Source of the DNA: Chrysemys picta bellii
Lineage: Eukaryota
Assembly (NCBI RefSeq): GCF_011386835.1
Contig: NC_088811.1
Coordinates: 11,346,001-11,410,000, forward strand
Direction of reading: 5' to 3'
Length of the DNA stretch: 64,000 bases
Shown here: positions 59,104 through 64,000 of the stretch, in pieces
Layout of the letters: the number at the start of each line of letters is the position of its first letter
Numbering within the stretch: the first letter of the stretch is position 1
Translations under genes and position numbers: made by a program
The notes under the pieces: generated by a model
Databases searched by the model: none
What the model was told of the DNA's origin: nothing
The model's input: only the letters and a program-made list of their open reading frames with translations

Positions 59104-60639
59104 CTCTAGATTTTCCTTATATTTTCCCCCCACATGCTTCCATCTGCTCAAAAGCGCATCGCCTACCCCTGCCTTCCCTACCATCACCACCACTTGTAAG
59201 CATCTCCCTTTCCTCACTTGTCCGGTCTCCACATGACCTGGAGAGGCAATCCCCTCTTGTTGGGTGTTCCTTGCTCAGCTCAAACCAATGCCTATTCTCT
59301 CCCCTAGCCTAAAACTAAGGGCAGGCAGGTTTGTCCGGCATGGGGAGGTCTCACTCCAGAGTCAGAATCCGCTGTGTACACTGCAGTCTGAGTGCCACCT
59401 CGCCACCCTCATGGGCTGCTGGAGACAGGAGAGTTCTTGAGATGATGTGGGGAACAGCCAGTCCTTTGCTCTGCATGCTCACAGAGTGTCAGCCAGGCGG
59501 TTTGGGATAGGGAGTAAGGAGACTGGGAGTTGAGCTAGTTCAGTGGTGAGAGGGGATGGTAGATGGAATGCATACTAGAAGAGGCAGGTTCCATGGTGTC
59601 TTTGGGAGAGAGCTTTGCATACGGGATTTAGAGGCTGTTCCAGGCATAAGGGAAAGTGTGCTGGGTTCTAATCTTGACTCACTGTGTGGCCTTGGCTGAA
59701 TCACTTTATGTGCCTCAGTTTCCCCATCTTAAAGAACAACTGCAAAGCAAAACTACTGATGGTACTTATATGACCCCCAAAGAAGCATTACCTCCTCCCC
59801 AGGCTCCCTCCGGAGTGAGACTGAGAAAGTGGTGGTTTGCCCCGTGCAGAAGGCCCTGGCTCCTCCCAAGTGTGGAGTATCTCAGGAACTTTTTCCACAG
59901 CATGCCTTTCTGGAACTGTCCCTTTAGATGTGGCCGAGCCAGGCAGCGGCAGCCCTGAGGCAGCCATGTTGGACCTGGCTGCGTCTCACCCTCTCCCAGC
60001 TATGAGGTTTCCCTTAACTCCGGCTGTGTTTTCCTTCCCTTATTGCTGGGGATGGCACCTTCTCTCGGGGGCCGTCTCAGCCCTGCCTGGAGATCTGCTG
60101 CGACCCAAGGAGGTCACGAGCCGCGGTGCAGCCCGCCTGGCTGTGTGATGGCCAAGAGAAGCCGTGGATTGTGGGAATGCTGGCGTCAGCACCACGAGGG
60201 CTTCCTGAGGCAGGAAAGGTGAGTAGCCCCTTGTCTGTCCTGTGTAGTCTGGTTTGAGAGGACTGGGGTGGGAGGGGCTGCCAGGGTCCAGCACAGAAAT
60301 CTGACTCCCCATTTTTCCTTTGTGACATCAGTAAAGGGCTGTGGGTTCTTGGGAGCAAAGGCCCCATAGCAGCCTTAGTGCCACCTCTTGCTGTAACCCT
60401 GCCGTACACTTTGGGCCTATATGGTTGAATAGGGCTCTGAACCCAGCTCCCTCTGGTGCTGGCAGCCCATGGGATCCCTTGATGCCCATCCTGTTGACTA
60501 AGCCGTGTTTCAGCTCTATTTCCTGAAACAGGCCTTGAAAACGGAGAGAGGAGGTAGGTCCCCACTGTGTTACCCTGCCTTGCCCCTACAAAGCCTGGAG
60601 CTGGTCCTGACCCGCCCGCTCTCACGTGCGTCGTACTGG

Positions 60640-60870
60640 TATCAGGGCAATGCCTAGAGCTGCCAGCCAAGATGGTGCTGGCCAAACACCTGGCGAGGGA
60701 CAGACCTTGCCTCACAGAGCTGACAATCTAAATAGACCAGCCAGAGCAAGCATGGCAGGGGGACAGAAGCACAGAGGGGGAAGTGACTTGCCCCAGATCG
60801 CACAGCAGAGCTGGGAGTAGACCCTGGGTCTCCTGAGTCTGTGCGGCACTCTGCCCACTGGACCACACAG
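60640..60870 (-). mobile_element. MIR-like SINE with L2-type tail
   Basis: ccttgcctcacagagctgacaatctaaatagac...ggggacagaagcacagagggggaagtgacttgccccagatcgcacagc. Confidence 0.75.
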
Positions 60871-61834
60871 CAGCTTCCCAAGGATGCATCCGGTGTAGAC
60901 CTTTGTATGTGCATCGAAGGCCTCCTCCACCTGCTCCGCCATGGAGCCCCAGCCCTGGCGGTTACCTGTGCTGCTATAAGACAGCAAACACAGCTGAGAT
61001 GCATCGGGGGAAGAGAGAGCAGGGGACGGGAAAGCCAGTCCGATTGCCTGTGCAGCGGGAGTGCTGAGCTTGTGCGTTTGTGGATTGAGGGGCTGGCATG
61101 GTCTCGGCTCAGGGAAAAAAACAATCCCATCCCCAAAAGGGAGCGAGCACTAACCTAATAAAGGCACCAGCTGGACGGAGGAGAAAACCAGCCCTTTGGA
61201 GGGAAAAAAAATCCTTTAATTAGAAAAATAATATATTTCATCCAAATAAGGTAAAAATATTTGAAATGGGGCAGAAGTGAGCACTAGGCAACATCTGTCA
61301 GACCCTTTCTGGAAAGGGGAAGATTATTAAACTCAATTACAATTTATTTTTGTAGAGTGTCTTTCAGACTAGAAATCTCCCCCAGGGCCCTCACCCTGTC
61401 TTTTCTGTGTCTGCTTTAGGGTTTAACCCATAATGGTCTTCCATCCCCCTGGATTCCAGAGAATGGGTGACACGGCCGTGGTGTGAATGCATCTGGGGGG
61501 ATTAGAGAGAAAGAAGAGATGGGATTTATATTTTCTTGACTGGTTTAGAGAAAACCCCAACTTTTCAGTAGGATTGTGATTGACAGGCGAGGTGATTGGC
61601 TCACTGAGTGCCTCTAGAAGTACAACTGGCATACTTGCTGCATGTTTCTCTTTGTGTATACCTGTCTGTCTGTCACTTTGCCAGCCTGTCTGTCTCTTGT
61701 CACTGTGCCTGTCTTGTACAGCATCTCTCTGTTGGTCAGTCAGTCCATCTGTCTCTTTCTCTGCTCTGACTCTGTCTCTTTGTCCAACATTCAGAAATGT
61801 AACACTATCCTGCAGTGCCGTAAGCTAGTATCCA

Positions 61835-62052
61835 AGGCCTTGTCTACAGGAGAAAATAACACTAATTAACTTTTAATGTTTTTTTAACCCGATTTAGTCA
61901 AATTGGTGCAAATCCCTGTGTGGATACTCTCACTTCGGTTTAAACCAGATTTATTTTGGTTTTGCTTAAAGTGGTTTAAGCTGAAGTAAGTTTGACCACA
62001 CAGAGGATAAGGTGAGGTAACCTGGTGTAACTTTCGCCTATAGACAAGCCCT
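61835..62052. mobile_element. PIF/Harbinger-like MITE
   Basis: TIRs aggccttgtctaca / tatagacaagccct. Confidence 0.7.
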
Positions 62053-62769
62053 GATTTAGGGCCTGCTGTCAGCTCTGCCCTCCCACCCCCGTTACACCAT
62101 CACCAGCAGGTGTCCCCCGCCCCCACTGCCTGTTCACCAGCTTGCTCCTGTGTTCCGCTTTCCCTTCCCCAGTGAACAGTGAGCTCTGGTAACCAGAGGA
62201 GCTTGGGGTTCCCTAACAACTTTTATCCCCTTCTGTTTCTGGGGTGGGGGGGTACAGACTAGATTAGGAGTGTGTGGGCCTCAAGTTGTGTAGACCACCC
62301 CATTTGCCTCAGTTTCTTCAGCTGCAAACCGGGGCGGTTTGGGGTAAAGCTGCCTGCTTCGTGGGGATTGATAGGCTGAGTTCAGTCGCGTGTGTAAAAC
62401 ACATGGATTAATGGCATAGGCTGTTCTCTCCTTTGCTGCCCTCACAGCAAATCTGCAGCATGGGGGACGCCAGGAAGTGGCAGTAGTCTTGCATTGTCAG
62501 GAATGCAGCTCAGGTACTGTCCTCTTGGGGAAGTGGGTTCACTCCCCTCCCCCATCCCAGCCGTACCACTGCGCTGCCCCAGGGAGAGACAATCCCGAGG
62601 AAACCTCACAAGCCCAGGTGCTGCATATGGGACAGTCAAAAATTCTGCTCCCTGCAATGCCCCAGGTCTGAGTTGGGCACTCAGTCTGGTCAGTGTGGTC
62701 TTTGGGGGTTTTGACTATAACCTGCTCACGGTTGGAGTGGGTGCTACAAGTGAAGTGCCTGGGCAGACC

Positions 62770-63575
62770 TGCGTTAGGGGCCTGGCACCGGGAGAGCGGG
62801 GGTAAATGTGAGTGAGGTACTTGTGTGGATCTGAGTTAGGGGCTTGGCACTGGGCAAACAGGGTGGATGTGCGTGAGGTACTTGAACAGAGCCGAGTTGG
62901 GGGTTGTCACTGGGAAAGCAGGGGTGGATGTGGGTGAGGTACTTATGTGGAGCTGAGTTAGGGGTCTGGCATCGGAAGAACACAGGTAGATGTGGGTGAG
63001 GTACTTGACCAGAATTGAGTTGGGGGCTGTCACTGGGAGAACACAGGTAGATGTGGGTGAGGTACTTGTGTAGAGCTGAGTTAGGGGCCTGGCACCAGGA
63101 GAGCACAGGTGAATGTGGGTGAGGTACTCAAGTGGTGCTGCATTAGGTGCCTGGTAGCAAAAGAGCAGGGGTGGATGTGGGTGAGGTGCTCGAGTGGCGC
63201 TGAGGTAGGGGCCTGGAACCGGGAGAGCAGGGGTGGATATGGCTGAGGTACTTGTGTGGAGCTGAGTTAGGGGCCTGGAACCGGGAGAGCAGGGGTGGAT
63301 ATGGCTGAGGTACTTGTGTGGAGCTGAATTAGGGGCCTGGCACTGGGAGAGCAGGGCTGGATGTGGGTGAGATATTCAAGCGGAGCTGAGTTAGGGGCCT
63401 GGCACTGGGAGAGCAGGGCTGGACGTGGGTGAGATATTCAAGCGGAGCTGAGTTAGGGGCCTGGCACTGGGAGAGCAGGGCTGGACGTGGGTGAGATATT
63501 CAAGCGGAGCTGAGTTAGGGGCCTGGCACCGGGAGAGCAAGGGGGAATGTGGGTGAGGTACTCGAGCGGAGCTAT
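62770..63575 (+). repeat. G-rich minisatellite, 62-bp unit, about 13 copies
   Basis: Consensus tgtgggtgaggtacttgtgtggagctgagttaggggcctggcactgggagagcaggggtgga. The 62-bp period is read directly from lines 63361-63540. Confidence 0.95.
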
Positions 63576-64000
63576 ATCAGTCTAATATCAGTTCCTCTCA
63601 TTCCTACTGCCCCCTACATCTGTCTCTCTCCAGTGGTGCAAGTGGAGCTGGTGTCCCGCTGTGCGAGGCTTTCTGCATTATTTAGAGTCCTCCTTTTACC
63701 TTTAATACCCCCCACATGTGATTGTTTAAGGTTATTACAAAGTGGGTGTGAGGCCACTCAAAGCCCCCAGGTCGTGGTAATGAGCCCCTTGCTGTGGGGT
63801 CCTGCCCAGGCGGTGCTGGTGTGAGCTCCTGGGTGGTGGGTCCCACTCCCTGCCTGTGGCAGTTGGGACTTAGATTAAATGCTATTGGGGTCTGGTTTCC
63901 CAGACAGAGTGAAAAGCATCTCCCCAGACTGCCCCAGTAAAGTAGTGGCTATTGGGAAGGGGAGGGGCCAGGGGAAGGCTGCTTAGCCAGCCTGTCAGAT

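Noticed and set aside
60077-60715. 212-aa minus-strand ORF
   Set aside because: Composition fits chance ORFs in GC-rich DNA, it overlaps a SINE/L2 tail, and it has no recognisable homology or splice context.
62774-63106. Repetitive minus-strand ORFs, and a CRISPR-like reading of the 62-bp array
   Set aside because: The ORFs are translations of the minisatellite. There are no unique spacers or cas genes, and this is vertebrate DNA.
56700-64000. CASZ1 last exon
   Set aside because: Expected downstream on the minus strand by synteny, but no zinc-finger or acidic CASZ1 coding sequence is recognisable; it probably lies beyond the window.

Overview
Vertebrate genomic DNA, almost certainly a turtle (it carries a tortoise Pol III/SINE and turtle-type CR1 and MITE families). 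The window holds the 3' part of PEX14 (peroxisomal docking protein) on the + strand. Seven coding exons, matching human exons 3-9, have canonical AG/GT boundaries and splice into one open frame of 1056 nt (351 aa + stop). The 3' UTR and poly(A) signals follow at about 56.1-56.2 kb; exons 1-2 lie upstream of the window. The introns mix ancient and turtle-lineage repeats (MIR-like CORE-SINEs, LF-SINE, AmnSINE1, L2 tails, a 2.1 kb CR1 with a nested SINE, a solo LTR, hAT and Harbinger MITEs) with many repeat-free blocks that look like conserved non-coding elements (CNEs). One of these matches my recollection of ultraconserved element uc.1, consistent with PEX14 being a bystander gene in the CASZ1 regulatory block. 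Eight N-runs of 132-292 nt sit inside the CNE-like blocks. Downstream of the gene are an array of CTCF-like motifs and a G-rich 62-bp minisatellite. I found no convincing new protein-coding system; nearly all ORFs in the supplied track are spurious. Repeat family names and CNE calls come from recalled consensus sequences and composition, not from alignments.
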